Notes: generated from the letters alone by a model not told the origin. A stretch of 64,000 bases of DNA from Bacteriovoracia bacterium (GCA_050246755.1 JBFWVL010000001.1:1536001-1600000), one strand, 5' to 3'. Shown: positions 22,935-33,352, counted from the stretch's first letter. Program-made: numbers and translations.

Positions 22935-24678
22935 GTTTTTTTTCATTTTATTTTTTTCGTTATTTGCGGCTAAAGAGGCGTCGGCGTTTATTTTTATAAA
23001 GTTCGGCAGCTATTCCCAAGGGGCGGTACCGGTCTCCATGGCGCCCATTTGGCCGACGGGAAGGGTTACCTTTTACGTCAATACCGACACGAGTGCCTAT
23101 GGCGGCAGTCTTACGGAAAAGGTGACGAGTGCCCAGTTTTTAGCCGCGTTCAATGCGGCGGCGGCTACGTGGAATAACCTCTGTAACTCCAAAATTACCG
23201 TCGTTACGGGGGGCACCACCACGAGTGTTCGCAATGCTTCCGATTTAGTGAATACTGTTTCCTACGACAACCGCACGACCGCAGGTGGCAACGCGTTTGC
23301 CAGTTCTAGTATGGTGGCCTGGGCAGTTCCTACTTTGTCCATGGTGTCCGGAAATTACCAATGGACCGACTGCGATATCCAGGTAAACGGTGAAATGGCG
23401 TATACGCTGGGAACTTCAGGCACTACGGACCTCGATCTCCAGAGTATTTTCACCCACGAGATTGGGCATTGCCTCGGGCTCGATCATACCTACGGTACGA
23501 ACTACAACAGCGCCACTTACTGGACGACTAATTCCACCTTGTTGAATTCCGTGATGCGGGGAAGTAGCACCCTGCAGTCTATAGAACAGCGAACGTTGAG
23601 CCAAGATGATATCGATGGGATGCAATGCCTGTATCCGAGCAGCGGAACCTATAGATACGGTTCCTATTGCAGCAGTTATCATGGCACTAACGGCGGCGCG
23701 GCCATCAGCGGCTTGGTGAACGGCGGGGCAGCCTCCACTCGATCCTGCGGCAGCGGAATGAATTCGGGGTTTACTACGAATGGAGAAACGGGCGGAGGTT
23801 GTATTTCTTCGGCGATCGCGGAGGACGGATCGGGACGGACGCCGACTACCGACACGGGCTTGATTTTTGCGCTTTTATTCCCGTTAGTGATATGGGTGTT
23901 CCGGAAGTTTCGAGCTTGGGCGGGCGCATTTTTCGCCGTCGGCTTCTTCTTTGTCCATCCGGCCATGGCCGCGGTAGAAATTGGCTACGACTATTTCAAA
24001 TCCAGCCCGTCGTTGGTGAACCGGGCTACTTCCATTTCTTCGGGCGACGGAAGCTTTAGTTACACTGGATCCACCTCAAAAAAAACGAAGTACAGCTCCC
24101 TGAATGCTTTCTATGGTGCTATTTCTATGGAAAGCGCAGATTCGTCGACGGGGCTTTACTATAGAAGCAATGTTGCCCAGACAGTTTCCCTGCAGGGGTA
24201 TGATTTAGCTAATACTCTGCAGCTCACGAAGGTGAGCAAGCTAGAAGGCTGGAGCGCGGGTGTTGCGAGTAGATGGTATCTCAACTTTTCAGTCGATCCT
24301 TCTGGCGCAGAAGGACGTTCCACCAAATTTTTTTTTGAACTACAGCTAGGCATTGGCCAATCAAACTTTTCGCAAACGATAACCAATAGTAATGGGTTTG
24401 GGGCGGGCAATGGCGACAGTAGTGTTAGCGCCGCGGCTTGGGTTTTAGAAACCAATGCTTTTTTGGGAACGCGCATACCCATTTGGGAACTTCTCGACGC
24501 CGCGCTAAAGGTGGGCTATGCCCGACAGCGCTCTACGGCCTACGTGGTGAGTAGTGCGAGTGGAACGCGATTTTCTGGTGTGAATCCGGGGGAGCGGTTG
24601 TCGTTGCAGGAAGGCCAGGACGCTCGTTTGAGTCGGGGTGGGCTCGGGGGAACGGTTTCGCTGGTGGCTGTATTCTAG
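22924..24678 (+). CDS. matrixin-like (M10) metalloprotease fused to a putative outer-membrane beta-barrel
   Basis: Signal peptide (ASA|F), HEIGHCLGLDH, Met-turn SVM, internal GGGC + TM + RKFR, then amphipathic beta-strands ending in C-terminal Phe; likely start ATG 22924. Confidence 0.75.
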   Translation: MWNKFFFILFFSLFAAKEASAFIFIKFGSYSQGAVPVSMAPIWPTGRVTFYVNTDTSAYGGSLTEKVTSAQFLAAFNAAAATWNNLCNSKITVVTGGTTTSVRNASDLVNTVSYDNRTTAGGNAFASSSMVAWAVPTLSMVSGNYQWTDCDIQVNGEMAYTLGTSGTTDLDLQSIFTHEIGHCLGLDHTYGTNYNSATYWTTNSTLLNSVMRGSSTLQSIEQRTLSQDDIDGMQCLYPSSGTYRYGSYCSSYHGTNGGAAISGLVNGGAASTRSCGSGMNSGFTTNGETGGGCISSAIAEDGSGRTPTTDTGLIFALLFPLVIWVFRKFRAWAGAFFAVGFFFVHPAMAAVEIGYDYFKSSPSLVNRATSISSGDGSFSYTGSTSKKTKYSSLNAFYGAISMESADSSTGLYYRSNVAQTVSLQGYDLANTLQLTKVSKLEGWSAGVASRWYLNFSVDPSGAEGRSTKFFFELQLGIGQSNFSQTITNSNGFGAGNGDSSVSAAAWVLETNAFLGTRIPIWELLDAALKVGYARQRSTAYVVSSASGTRFSGVNPGERLSLQEGQDARLSRGGLGGTVSLVAVF

Positions 24679-24958
24679 GTAAAATTTCGCCTCATCAGGA
24701 ATCAAAATCACTGTTCTCTGAGAAAGCCGCACATTAGAGGGGCCGCTGATATTGCGCGCCTTCTTTGGTTTTCCCGTTCTGCAATTATCTTTAATGACAA
24801 CGCCTTATATTGAAAGCGAGAGATATGTTCGTTATACGGTCAACAAAATGGAGAACATAGCACGCTCTCAATTTGTTCTTTGGCGTCCACCATACTTCTC
24901 CACTTCCCCAAATCCATCGTCATCGCCGCCGCGAATGCTGGAGCATTCGAAATAGAAA

Positions 24959-27900
24959 CTAGTCACTCGTCATCGACTGCATCTGCGCGGCGCTGAGCGC
25001 GCGCGCGCGGTAGGTAAACTTCCTTAAATGTCCATTCAGCTGCTTCGTGAAGGAGCCGCTGCGTCCGCTCGTGCCGATTGCGAAGGAGCGCAGAGTTGGT
25101 TTCGAGGCGCTGCCGCTGAGAGTGGCCGCCGTTCCATTCACTACGGTTCTCAGTTCGCCCGCCGCGCTTTGGCTGAATGCGGCTTGCACGGTTACGCCGT
25201 TGAGGTCGGCGGCATTGGCGTAGGAAGAACTGGCCACGTTCGCGGAGGAAACATCGGCGTTTCCGTTGAAGGTATTGGCAATGGTGGAGAAGTTCGCCTC
25301 GAAGTGATCGGCCGCGCAGGTGGCGCCCGAAGTATTGTCGCAAGCGGAGAAGAGCGTGGGTGTGGCCGCGATCGAGTTCGGCTCATAGCTGGTGCGGCTA
25401 AAATCGAGGATCGCCGTCCAGGCAGAGGGATTGAACCAGTTAGAGAAATTATCCACGGAAATTCCCTCAGCGGCGCGGGTGGCGGTGGTGCCAGCGGTGG
25501 GAATATAGCTCGTAGCAATCGAACCGGCTTCGAGCTGGGCGCCCCAGAGGTAGATGGCACCTAAAGTATCCGCCGCGGAATTTGCCGGGTATACGGCCAC
25601 GGTGGCGAGCCCGGCGTCGGAAGCGTTGGTGGTGAAATTGAGGTGAACGCGGTACCAACCATTGCCCACGGATTCCGCGGTGCCGGCCGAAACGCTCGGC
25701 ACCCCGGCACTCCAGGTGAGGGTAGAAATTTTTCCGGCATTGCCGCTATTGGCGGCGGTGAGCTCGATGAGGGACTGGGAAGAGCTTGCGTTCTTCACGA
25801 AGAAGCTGAGGGTATAGGCCGTGCTCGCTTGCAGCGAAACCGTTTGCGCCACGTGATCGGCGTTCGCGAGGCTGCTCGAAGCGGAAGTGATGGCTTCGGC
25901 ATCAACGCTGCCATCCGGAGAGGTGGTGGTATCGGCAGTTACGCTCACGTTATTGGCCACCCAGGTGGTATCGAAGGCCATCGATCTCACCAAAAGATTG
26001 GTGCGGGATTCTTCGATCAAGAGCCCGCGCGCGGCGCAGGTGCCGGCGCAAGAGGCGGGGTTATGATCGAAGCGCGGAGTGCCCGAAGCGGCGGTTTGCA
26101 TCACGCCGGCGGCGTTGAAATAGGTGGCGGTGCTAGCGCGCGAGAAGGTGAGGCCGCTCGGGAGCGTGCCGTCCAGGAAGTTGAAGTAGAGCACGGCGTC
26201 CTGGATGGTCACGGCGGCGGTAGCGGTGCCGAGGGTGGCGTTCGCTGGATTGGAAATTGTCACGGAGAAATCTTCGTCGGGCTCATCGTCGCCGTCGTCG
26301 GCGGTGGTGACGGAGACCGTGGTGGTAAGAGAGCCGGCGGTGATCGTGGCGGTTCCGGAAACAGCGGTGAAGTCGGTGCCCGCGGAGGCCGTGCCATCCA
26401 CGGTGGTATAGTCTACCGTCACGTCGGAAGAAGAGGCGTGGTTCAAGGTGAGCGTGAAGCCGGCGTTGGCTCCTTCCGTGACGGTGGAGCTATCGGCCGT
26501 GAGAGTGACCGTGGGCGTGGAGTCGGTATTCATGATGGTTCCCGTGGCGGTATTCATGGTGGAGTTCGCGGTCATGCTGAGCGTGAAGGTGAGGTTTCCG
26601 GTATGAGTTCCATCGCTCAGGCTCGTTACGCTCACGGTTTTCGAGGTTTCTCCGGCGGCGTAGGTAAGGGTCCCTGATTTCGCCGTATAGTTCGTACCGG
26701 AAATCGCCGTACCGTTCGAGGTAGCGTAGGTGACGGATGTGGACGAATCGGCGGCGCGGTTCAGCGTTACGGTGAAGGTAAGGTTCGAGCCTTCGCTCGC
26801 GGAAACGTTGCTGGCACTGGCCGTGGGTGCGGCTTCAGTATTCACGATGGTGCCGGTAGCCGTATTCGTAGTGGAGTTCGCCGTCATGCTCAGCGTGAAC
26901 GTGAGGTTCGAGGTGTAAGTTCCATCGGCGAGGCTCGAGACAGTTACCGTCTTCGAGGTCTCTCCCGCGGCGAAGGTGAGAGTGCCCGAAGCCGAAGTAT
27001 AGTTGGTGCCGGAGGCGGCCGTTCCATTCGAAGTGGCGTAGGTGACAGAAGTAGAGGAAGCGGAAGCGCGGTTCAGGTTTACCGTGAAGGTGAGGTCAGA
27101 GCCTTCATTCGCGGAAACGTTGCCCGCGGTAGCCACGGGGGCGGTGTCCGTGTTCGTCACGGTTCCGGTGGCGGTATTCGTAGTAGAATTTGCCGTCAGA
27201 CTCAGAGTGAAAGTAAGGTTCGAAGTATAGGTAGAATCGGCGAGGCTGGAAACCGTTACGGTTTTGGATGTTTCTCCGGCGGCGAACGTGAGGGTTCCGG
27301 AGGCGGCGGTATAGTTTGTTCCCGCTACGGCCGTGCCATTGCTCGTGGCGTAGGTCACGGAGGTAGAGGTGGACGAGGCCCGCGTGAGATTTACGGTGAA
27401 GGTGAGGTCGGAGCCTTCGTTGGCGGAGACGTTGCTGGCGCTCGCCGTGGGGGCAGCGTTCGCGTTTACCACAGTGCCGACCGCGGTGTTCGTAACCGAG
27501 TTCGCGGTGAGGTTCAGGTTGAACGTAAGGTTCGGAGTATAGACACCATCGTCGATGCTCGTGACGTTCACGGTTTTGGAGGTTTCGCCCGCGGCGAAGG
27601 TGAGCGTTCCCGAAGTGGCGCTATAATTCGTTCCGGCGAAGGCGCTATCGCCGACGGTGGCGTACGTTACCGAAGTAGAAGTGGAAGAGGCGCGGCTCAG
27701 GTTCACCGTGAAAGATAGCGTGGCTCCCTCGTTCGCCGAAACGTTGCTGGCGGAAGCGGTGGGCGCGGCGTCGACGTTTACCACCGTGCCGGTGGCGGTA
27801 TTTGTCGTCCCATTAGCCGTGAGGCTTAAGGTGAAATTTAGGTCGGCGGTATACACTGAATCGTTCGCGCTCGAGATGCTCAGCGTTTTAGACGTTTCTC

Positions 27901-30900
27901 CCGCCGCAAAAGTAAGGGTACCAGTTGCGCCCGTATAGTTGGTGCCAGAGATGGCCGTGCCGTTCGAAGTGGCATAGCTCACCGAGGTAGAGGCGGAGGA
28001 AGGCCTCGTTAGATTCACCGTGAAAGTTAAGCTGGAGCCTTCGTTGGCGGACACATTGCTGGCGCTGGCGGTGGGGGCCGCATCGGTGTTCACGATGGTT
28101 CCCGTGGCGGTATTCGTGACGGAATTCGCGGTTACGCTCAGGATGGCCGTGAGGTTGGGGGTATAGGTCCCATCGTTCGCGGTGGAAATATTCAGCGTTT
28201 TCGAGGTTTCTCCTGCCGCGAAGGTGAGGGTTCCGGAGGCGGCAGTATAGTTTATTCCAGAGGCAGCCGTGCCGTTCGAGGTGGCGTAGGTTACCGAGGT
28301 GGAAGTATTGGAGGGGCGATTCAACTCTACGGTGAAAGTGAGGTTGGATCCTTCATTGGCAAATACGTCGCCCGCGCTAGCCGTGGGCGCAGCGTCAGTA
28401 TTGGTGATGGTTCCGACGGCCGCATTCGTGACCGAGTTCGCGATAAGGTTTAAGTTGAACGTAAGGTTCGGCGTATACGTTCCGTCGGCGAGGCTGGTAA
28501 TAGTAACGGTCTTGGAAGTTTCACCTGCCGCGTACGTGAGCGTTCCCGATTTCGCGGTGTAGTTAGTGCCGGCGAAAGCCGTATTGCCAACGGTGGCGTA
28601 GGTTACCGTGGTGGAGGTGGCGGAAGCTCTGTCTAGAGTGACCGTGAAGGTAAGGTCGGATCCCTCGTTGGCGGAAACGTTGCTGGCATTGGCGGTGGGC
28701 GCCGCATCGGTGTTCACGATCGTGCCCGTGGCCGTATTGGTCACAGAGTTCGCCGTCATGCTTAGGGTGAAATTTAAGTCGGCAGTATAAATGGAATCGC
28801 CGGCGCTGCTCACCGTGACGGTTTTGGTCGTTTCCCCTGCGGCGAACGTCAATGTTCCGGAGGCCGCCGTATAGTTGGTGCCGGCGGCGGCAGTTCCGTC
28901 CGAAGTGGCGTAGGTTACTGAAGTAGAAGATGCCGAAGCTCTATTCAGGGTAACGGTGAAGGACAAGCTCGATCCTTCGTTCGCAGATACGTTACCCGCC
29001 GTGGCGGTGGGTGCAGCGTTGGTATTCACCACGGTGCCGGTGGTGGTGTGGGTGACGGAATTGGCCGTTAGGCTCAGCGTGAAGGTAAGGTTGCCCGTGT
29101 GTACTCCATCATTTTGGCTGGCGACAGATACCGTTTTCGAAGTTTCTCCCGCGGCGAAGGTAAGCGTGCCCGAAGCGGCGCTATAGTTTGTGCCTTCTAC
29201 TGCCGTGCCGTCGCTGGTGGCGTAAGTGACCGAAGTGGCCGCCGAAGAGGGTCGGTCCAAGTTTACGGTGAAGGAAAGATTCGATCCTTCGTTCGCCGAG
29301 ACGTTACTCGCCGTGGCTTCGGGCGCCGCGGCGGTATTTACGATCGTACCGGTGGCCGTATTGGTGGTGGCGTTGGCCGTCATGCTCAGCGTGAAGGTAA
29401 GGTTCGGAGTATAGGTGCCGTCGTTTGCGGAAGGAACGGTCACCGTTTTGGACGTTTGCCCCGCGGTAAAAGTTAGGGTTCCCGAGGTGGACGTATAATT
29501 CGTTCCGTTGGCGGCAGTTCCGTCGCTGGTGGCGTAGGTAACGGAGGTGGAAGTCGCAGAAGGGCGGTTCAGATTCACGGTGAACACTAAATTCGAACCT
29601 TCGTTGGCAGACACATTGCTCGCGCTCGCCGTGGGAGCGGCTTCTGTGTTCACCACGGTACCCGTGGCCGTATTCGTGGTGGAATTTGCCGTCAGGCTGA
29701 GGGTGAACGAAAGGTTGGCCGTATAAGTCGTATCCGCCAAAGAGCTTACCGTCAGCGTCTTCGAGGTTTCGCCAGCGGCGAAAGTAAGAGTTCCCGACTT
29801 AGCAGTGTAGTTGGTGCCATCGATCGCGGTCCCGTCGGAGGTGGAGTAGGTGACGGAAGTAGAAGAAGCGGATGCTCGGTTCAAGCTCACCGTGAAGGTC
29901 AGGTCAGATCCTTCATTGGCAGACACATTGCTCGCGGTGGCCACGGGGGCGGCGTTCATATTCACGATCGTGCCGGTAGCCGTATGGGTTACGGAGTTGG
30001 CGGTCATGCTGAGTGTGAACGTGAGATCTGCGGTATGCACGCTATCATTTTGGCTGGAGATGGTGACTGTTTTAGAAGTCTCTCCGGCGGCGAACGTTAA
30101 CGTTCCGGAAGAGGCCGTATAGTTGGTGCCGGAAATCGCGGTGCCATTCGAGGTGGCGTAGGTAACGGAAGTGGAAACCGAAGCCGGTCTATCTAGGCTC
30201 ACCGTAAACGACAAGTCGGATCCCTCATTGGCGGATACGTTGCTCGCCGTGGCTTCGGGTAAGGCATCCGTATTCACCACCGTGCCGGTGGCCGTATTGG
30301 TTACGGAATTCGCGGTGAGGCTTAGCGTGAAGGTAAGATTTGAAGTATATGTGCCATCGTTCGCGGAAGGAACGGTTACGGTTTTCGAGGTTTGGCCCGC
30401 CGTAAACGTGAGGGTTCCCGAAGTGTTCGTGTAGTTAGTACCCGCCACCGCCGTGCCGTTACTGGTGGCGTAGGTGACGGTAGTGGAAGCGGAAGACGCT
30501 CGAGATAGATTCACTGTGAATACTAAGCTGGATCCTTCGTTGGCGGAAACGTTGCTGGCGGAAGCCGTGGGAGCAGCATCGGTGTTTACGATGGTTCCGG
30601 TGGCGGTATTCGCGGTGGAGTTGGCGGTGAGGCTCAGCGTGAAGGTGAGGCTTGGCGTGTAGGTGGAATCGGCGGCACTGTTCACGGTGATCGTTTTCGA
30701 GGTCTCTCCTGCGGCGAAGGTGAGAGTGCCCGAGGCCGAAGTATAGTTCGTTCCATCCACGGCGCTCACGTCGGTGGTCGCGTAGGTTACCGAAGTAGAG
30801 GTAGAGGATGCACGGGTCAAGTTCACCGTGAAGACTAAATTCGATCCTTCATTCGCGGAAATGTCGCTGGCGCTAGCCGTGGGCGCGGCGTTGGTATTTA

Positions 30901-33214
30901 TGATCGTGCCGGTGGCCGTATTACTTACTGAATTCGCCGTTAGACTCAGCGAGAAATCTAGGTCGGCGGTATACGTATTATCGTTTTGGCTCGGCACCGT
31001 AATCGTTTTAGAGGTTTCTCCGGCGGCAAAAGTGAGGGTGCCGGAGGTGGACGTATAGTTTGTTCCCGCGAGTCCGGTTCCGTTGGCCGTGGCGTACACC
31101 ACCGAGGTGGAAACGGAGGACGCACGAGTTAGGTTTACGGTGAAGACCAAGTTCGATCCTTCATTCGCGGAAACGTCGCTGGCGCTAGCCGTGGGCGCGG
31201 CGTCGGTATTTACGATCGTGCCGACGGCAGAATTAGTCACGGAACTCGCGGTGAGATTTAGGTTAAAGGTGAGATCCGGAGAATAAATTCCGTCCGCAAG
31301 GCTGGTTACGGTAACGGTTTTGGAGGTTTCGCCCGCGGCGAAGGTTAAGGTGCCGGAAGTAGCCGTATAGTTCGTGCCGGCAAAAGCCGTGTTCCCCACG
31401 GTGGCATACGTTACGGATGTGGAGGTAGACGAGGACCGATTTAAGTTCACCGTGAAAACCAAATTCGACCCTTCGTTGGCGGAAATGTCCGCCGCGCTCG
31501 CAGTGGGGGCCGCATCGGTGTTCACCACGGTGCCGGTAGCGGTGTTGGTGGTGGAATTCGCCGTGAGGCTCAGGGTGAAAGTGAGGTTTGCGGTAAATAC
31601 CCCATCGACGGTGGTGGGAACAGTTATCGTTTTAGAAGTTTCTCCGGCCGCGAACGTTAAGGTACCTGAAGTGGAGGTATAATTTGTTCCCGCGCTCGCG
31701 GTGCCGTTCGAGGTAGCATAAACAACCGAAGTGGAGATAGACGAGGGGCGGTTCAGGTTCACGGTGAAAGTTACGTTCGAGCCCTCATTCGCTGACGCAT
31801 TTCCGGCGGAAGCGGTGGGCGCGGTGTCTACATTCACCACGGTGCCGGTGGCCGTATTGGTTACGGAGTTTGCGGTCACGCTGAGGGTAAAGCTAAGGTC
31901 TCCGGTGTAAGTGCCGTCGTTTTGGCTAGGCACGGTTAGGGTTTTGGAAGTTTCTCCGGCCGCGAAAGTAAGGGTTCCCGAAGTAGAAGTATAGTTCGTG
32001 CCGGCTACGGCGGTTCCATTCGAAGTAGCATAGGTAACCGCGGTGGCCGAGGCGGAAGGCCTATCTAAATTTACCGTGAATACTAAATTAGATCCTTCGT
32101 TGGCGGACACATTGCTCGAGCTCGCGATCGGTGCCGCATCGGTGTTGACCACCGTGCCGGTAGCCGTATTGGTAGTGGAGTTCGCCGTGAGATTGAGTGA
32201 AAATATTAAGCCGGCTGTGTAGGTGCCATCGTTTTGGGTTGGTACGGTTACGGTTTTGGAGGTTTCGCCCGCCGCGAAAATAAGGGTTCCCGAGGTGGAC
32301 GTATAGTTCGTGCCGGCTACGGCGGTGCCATTGGCCGTGGCGTAGGTCACGGAGGTGGAAGTGGTGGAAGCGCGGTTCAAGTTCACCGTGAAAACGAGAT
32401 TCGACCCTTCGCTGGCGGAAACGTCCGCCGCGCTGGCGGTAGGGGCCGCATCGGTGTTCACCACGGTTCCCGTGGCGGTGGCGTTCACGCCCACGGCGCT
32501 TACACTCAGGGAAAAATTTAAATTCGGCGCATAAATAGAATCGTGAATGGTGGGCACGTTCAGCGTTTTGGAGGTTTCTCCCGGAGCGAATACTAGGCTG
32601 CCGGAGGTGGCCGTATAGTTCACCCCGGCGATCGCGGTTCCGTCCGAAGTTGAGTAGTTAACCGTTTTAGGAAGCGGAGAGGCTTGCGTGAGGTTCACGG
32701 CAAAGCCCACGTTGCTTCCTTCGTTCGCCGAAGCATTGCTGATCACCGCGATAGGATTTCCTTCGAGCACGGTGAGCGTAAACGTAGAGAAAGCAGAATT
32801 GCTGCCGTCGTATACCTGCACGCGCACGGTGCTGGTTCCCCAGTATCCCGAGGAGGGCGTGAGTCTCAGGCTGCACCTCGGGGCCGCACCCCCGCGAACC
32901 ATGTTCATCGGCGTGAGCAAAGTGGGATTGGAGGTGGTTAGAAAGATAGAGCTTTGGCAATTCAGCGGGCTGTCGGGGTCGGCAATCGTGAAATCTACCG
33001 TAGTGCTGGCATCTTGGTTGATTGTCACGTTGCTGATTGAAGAAATCGTGGGAGAGCCGGCCGTATTCTTCGGGGCGGAGGGGGAAGGAGTGCTTTTTTC
33101 GATTTCTTTATCGATGGGATTTGCGCAGGAAGCGAGCGCGAGCAAAGCGAGGCCGAGCCACAACATACGTGCGAGCGCGCTAACAGGGCCCAATAGTAGA
33201 TTCGGTTTATCCAT
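24959..33214 (-). CDS. giant lipoprotein adhesin: Ig/cadherin-like domain, 21 Calx-beta-like repeats, phage/GTA head-spike-like C-terminal domain
   Basis: Lipobox LASC; repeats 'ANEG..L.FTV.L.R....SVTYATSNGTA.AGTNY...SGTLTFAAGETSKT'; C-terminal LTFSRASTATY..PRFD..GLLIEESRTNLL. Confidence 0.9.
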   Translation of the reverse strand: MDKPNLLLGPVSALARMLWLGLALLALASCANPIDKEIEKSTPSPSAPKNTAGSPTISSISNVTINQDASTTVDFTIADPDSPLNCQSSIFLTTSNPTLLTPMNMVRGGAAPRCSLRLTPSSGYWGTSTVRVQVYDGSNSAFSTFTLTVLEGNPIAVISNASANEGSNVGFAVNLTQASPLPKTVNYSTSDGTAIAGVNYTATSGSLVFAPGETSKTLNVPTIHDSIYAPNLNFSLSVSAVGVNATATGTVVNTDAAPTASAADVSASEGSNLVFTVNLNRASTTSTSVTYATANGTAVAGTNYTSTSGTLIFAAGETSKTVTVPTQNDGTYTAGLIFSLNLTANSTTNTATGTVVNTDAAPIASSSNVSANEGSNLVFTVNLDRPSASATAVTYATSNGTAVAGTNYTSTSGTLTFAAGETSKTLTVPSQNDGTYTGDLSFTLSVTANSVTNTATGTVVNVDTAPTASAGNASANEGSNVTFTVNLNRPSSISTSVVYATSNGTASAGTNYTSTSGTLTFAAGETSKTITVPTTVDGVFTANLTFTLSLTANSTTNTATGTVVNTDAAPTASAADISANEGSNLVFTVNLNRSSSTSTSVTYATVGNTAFAGTNYTATSGTLTFAAGETSKTVTVTSLADGIYSPDLTFNLNLTASSVTNSAVGTIVNTDAAPTASASDVSANEGSNLVFTVNLTRASSVSTSVVYATANGTGLAGTNYTSTSGTLTFAAGETSKTITVPSQNDNTYTADLDFSLSLTANSVSNTATGTIINTNAAPTASASDISANEGSNLVFTVNLTRASSTSTSVTYATTDVSAVDGTNYTSASGTLTFAAGETSKTITVNSAADSTYTPSLTFTLSLTANSTANTATGTIVNTDAAPTASASNVSANEGSSLVFTVNLSRASSASTTVTYATSNGTAVAGTNYTNTSGTLTFTAGQTSKTVTVPSANDGTYTSNLTFTLSLTANSVTNTATGTVVNTDALPEATASNVSANEGSDLSFTVSLDRPASVSTSVTYATSNGTAISGTNYTASSGTLTFAAGETSKTVTISSQNDSVHTADLTFTLSMTANSVTHTATGTIVNMNAAPVATASNVSANEGSDLTFTVSLNRASASSTSVTYSTSDGTAIDGTNYTAKSGTLTFAAGETSKTLTVSSLADTTYTANLSFTLSLTANSTTNTATGTVVNTEAAPTASASNVSANEGSNLVFTVNLNRPSATSTSVTYATSDGTAANGTNYTSTSGTLTFTAGQTSKTVTVPSANDGTYTPNLTFTLSMTANATTNTATGTIVNTAAAPEATASNVSANEGSNLSFTVNLDRPSSAATSVTYATSDGTAVEGTNYSAASGTLTFAAGETSKTVSVASQNDGVHTGNLTFTLSLTANSVTHTTTGTVVNTNAAPTATAGNVSANEGSSLSFTVTLNRASASSTSVTYATSDGTAAAGTNYTAASGTLTFAAGETTKTVTVSSAGDSIYTADLNFTLSMTANSVTNTATGTIVNTDAAPTANASNVSANEGSDLTFTVTLDRASATSTTVTYATVGNTAFAGTNYTAKSGTLTYAAGETSKTVTITSLADGTYTPNLTFNLNLIANSVTNAAVGTITNTDAAPTASAGDVFANEGSNLTFTVELNRPSNTSTSVTYATSNGTAASGINYTAASGTLTFAAGETSKTLNISTANDGTYTPNLTAILSVTANSVTNTATGTIVNTDAAPTASASNVSANEGSSLTFTVNLTRPSSASTSVSYATSNGTAISGTNYTGATGTLTFAAGETSKTLSISSANDSVYTADLNFTLSLTANGTTNTATGTVVNVDAAPTASASNVSANEGATLSFTVNLSRASSTSTSVTYATVGDSAFAGTNYSATSGTLTFAAGETSKTVNVTSIDDGVYTPNLTFNLNLTANSVTNTAVGTVVNANAAPTASASNVSANEGSDLTFTVNLTRASSTSTSVTYATSNGTAVAGTNYTAASGTLTFAAGETSKTVTVSSLADSTYTSNLTFTLSLTANSTTNTATGTVTNTDTAPVATAGNVSANEGSDLTFTVNLNRASASSTSVTYATSNGTAASGTNYTSASGTLTFAAGETSKTVTVSSLADGTYTSNLTFTLSMTANSTTNTATGTIVNTEAAPTASASNVSASEGSNLTFTVTLNRAADSSTSVTYATSNGTAISGTNYTAKSGTLTYAAGETSKTVSVTSLSDGTHTGNLTFTLSMTANSTMNTATGTIMNTDSTPTVTLTADSSTVTEGANAGFTLTLNHASSSDVTVDYTTVDGTASAGTDFTAVSGTATITAGSLTTTVSVTTADDGDDEPDEDFSVTISNPANATLGTATAAVTIQDAVLYFNFLDGTLPSGLTFSRASTATYFNAAGVMQTAASGTPRFDHNPASCAGTCAARGLLIEESRTNLLVRSMAFDTTWVANNVSVTADTTTSPDGSVDAEAITSASSSLANADHVAQTVSLQASTAYTLSFFVKNASSSQSLIELTAANSGNAGKISTLTWSAGVPSVSAGTAESVGNGWYRVHLNFTTNASDAGLATVAVYPANSAADTLGAIYLWGAQLEAGSIATSYIPTAGTTATRAAEGISVDNFSNWFNPSAWTAILDFSRTSYEPNSIAATPTLFSACDNTSGATCAADHFEANFSTIANTFNGNADVSSANVASSSYANAADLNGVTVQAAFSQSAAGELRTVVNGTAATLSGSASKPTLRSFAIGTSGRSGSFTKQLNGHLRKFTYRARALSAAQMQSMTSD
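26520..32757 (-). repeat. 20 tandem ~312-bp (104-aa) intragenic repeats
   Basis: Counted 20 ANEG/ASEG units; antisense shadow ORFs recur at multiples of 312 bp (26730, 27042; 29226, 29850, 30474). Confidence 0.92.
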
Positions 33215-33352
33215 AAACCTTCTTCTAGAAATCCGTTTCCTTTAGACGCATCGGGTTTAAGGGAGAAACTCCTTAGAATTCATTCTATTTTTTGGGAAAA
33301 AAGCGCGTAATAGCGAAGTAATTTACTCTATGAGAAATACACGGTTATCGGA

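Noticed and set aside
24679-24958. Imperfect inverted repeat and short ORF between convergent genes
   Set aside because: Pairing too weak and no recognisable RNA or protein motif
24959-26195. Prophage or GTA cluster
   Set aside because: Only one phage-like domain, fused in frame to a cellular lipoprotein; no capsid, terminase or integrase
26520-32757. Regular repeats as a CRISPR array or DGR
   Set aside because: 312-bp in-frame coding repeats; no spacers, cas genes or reverse transcriptase
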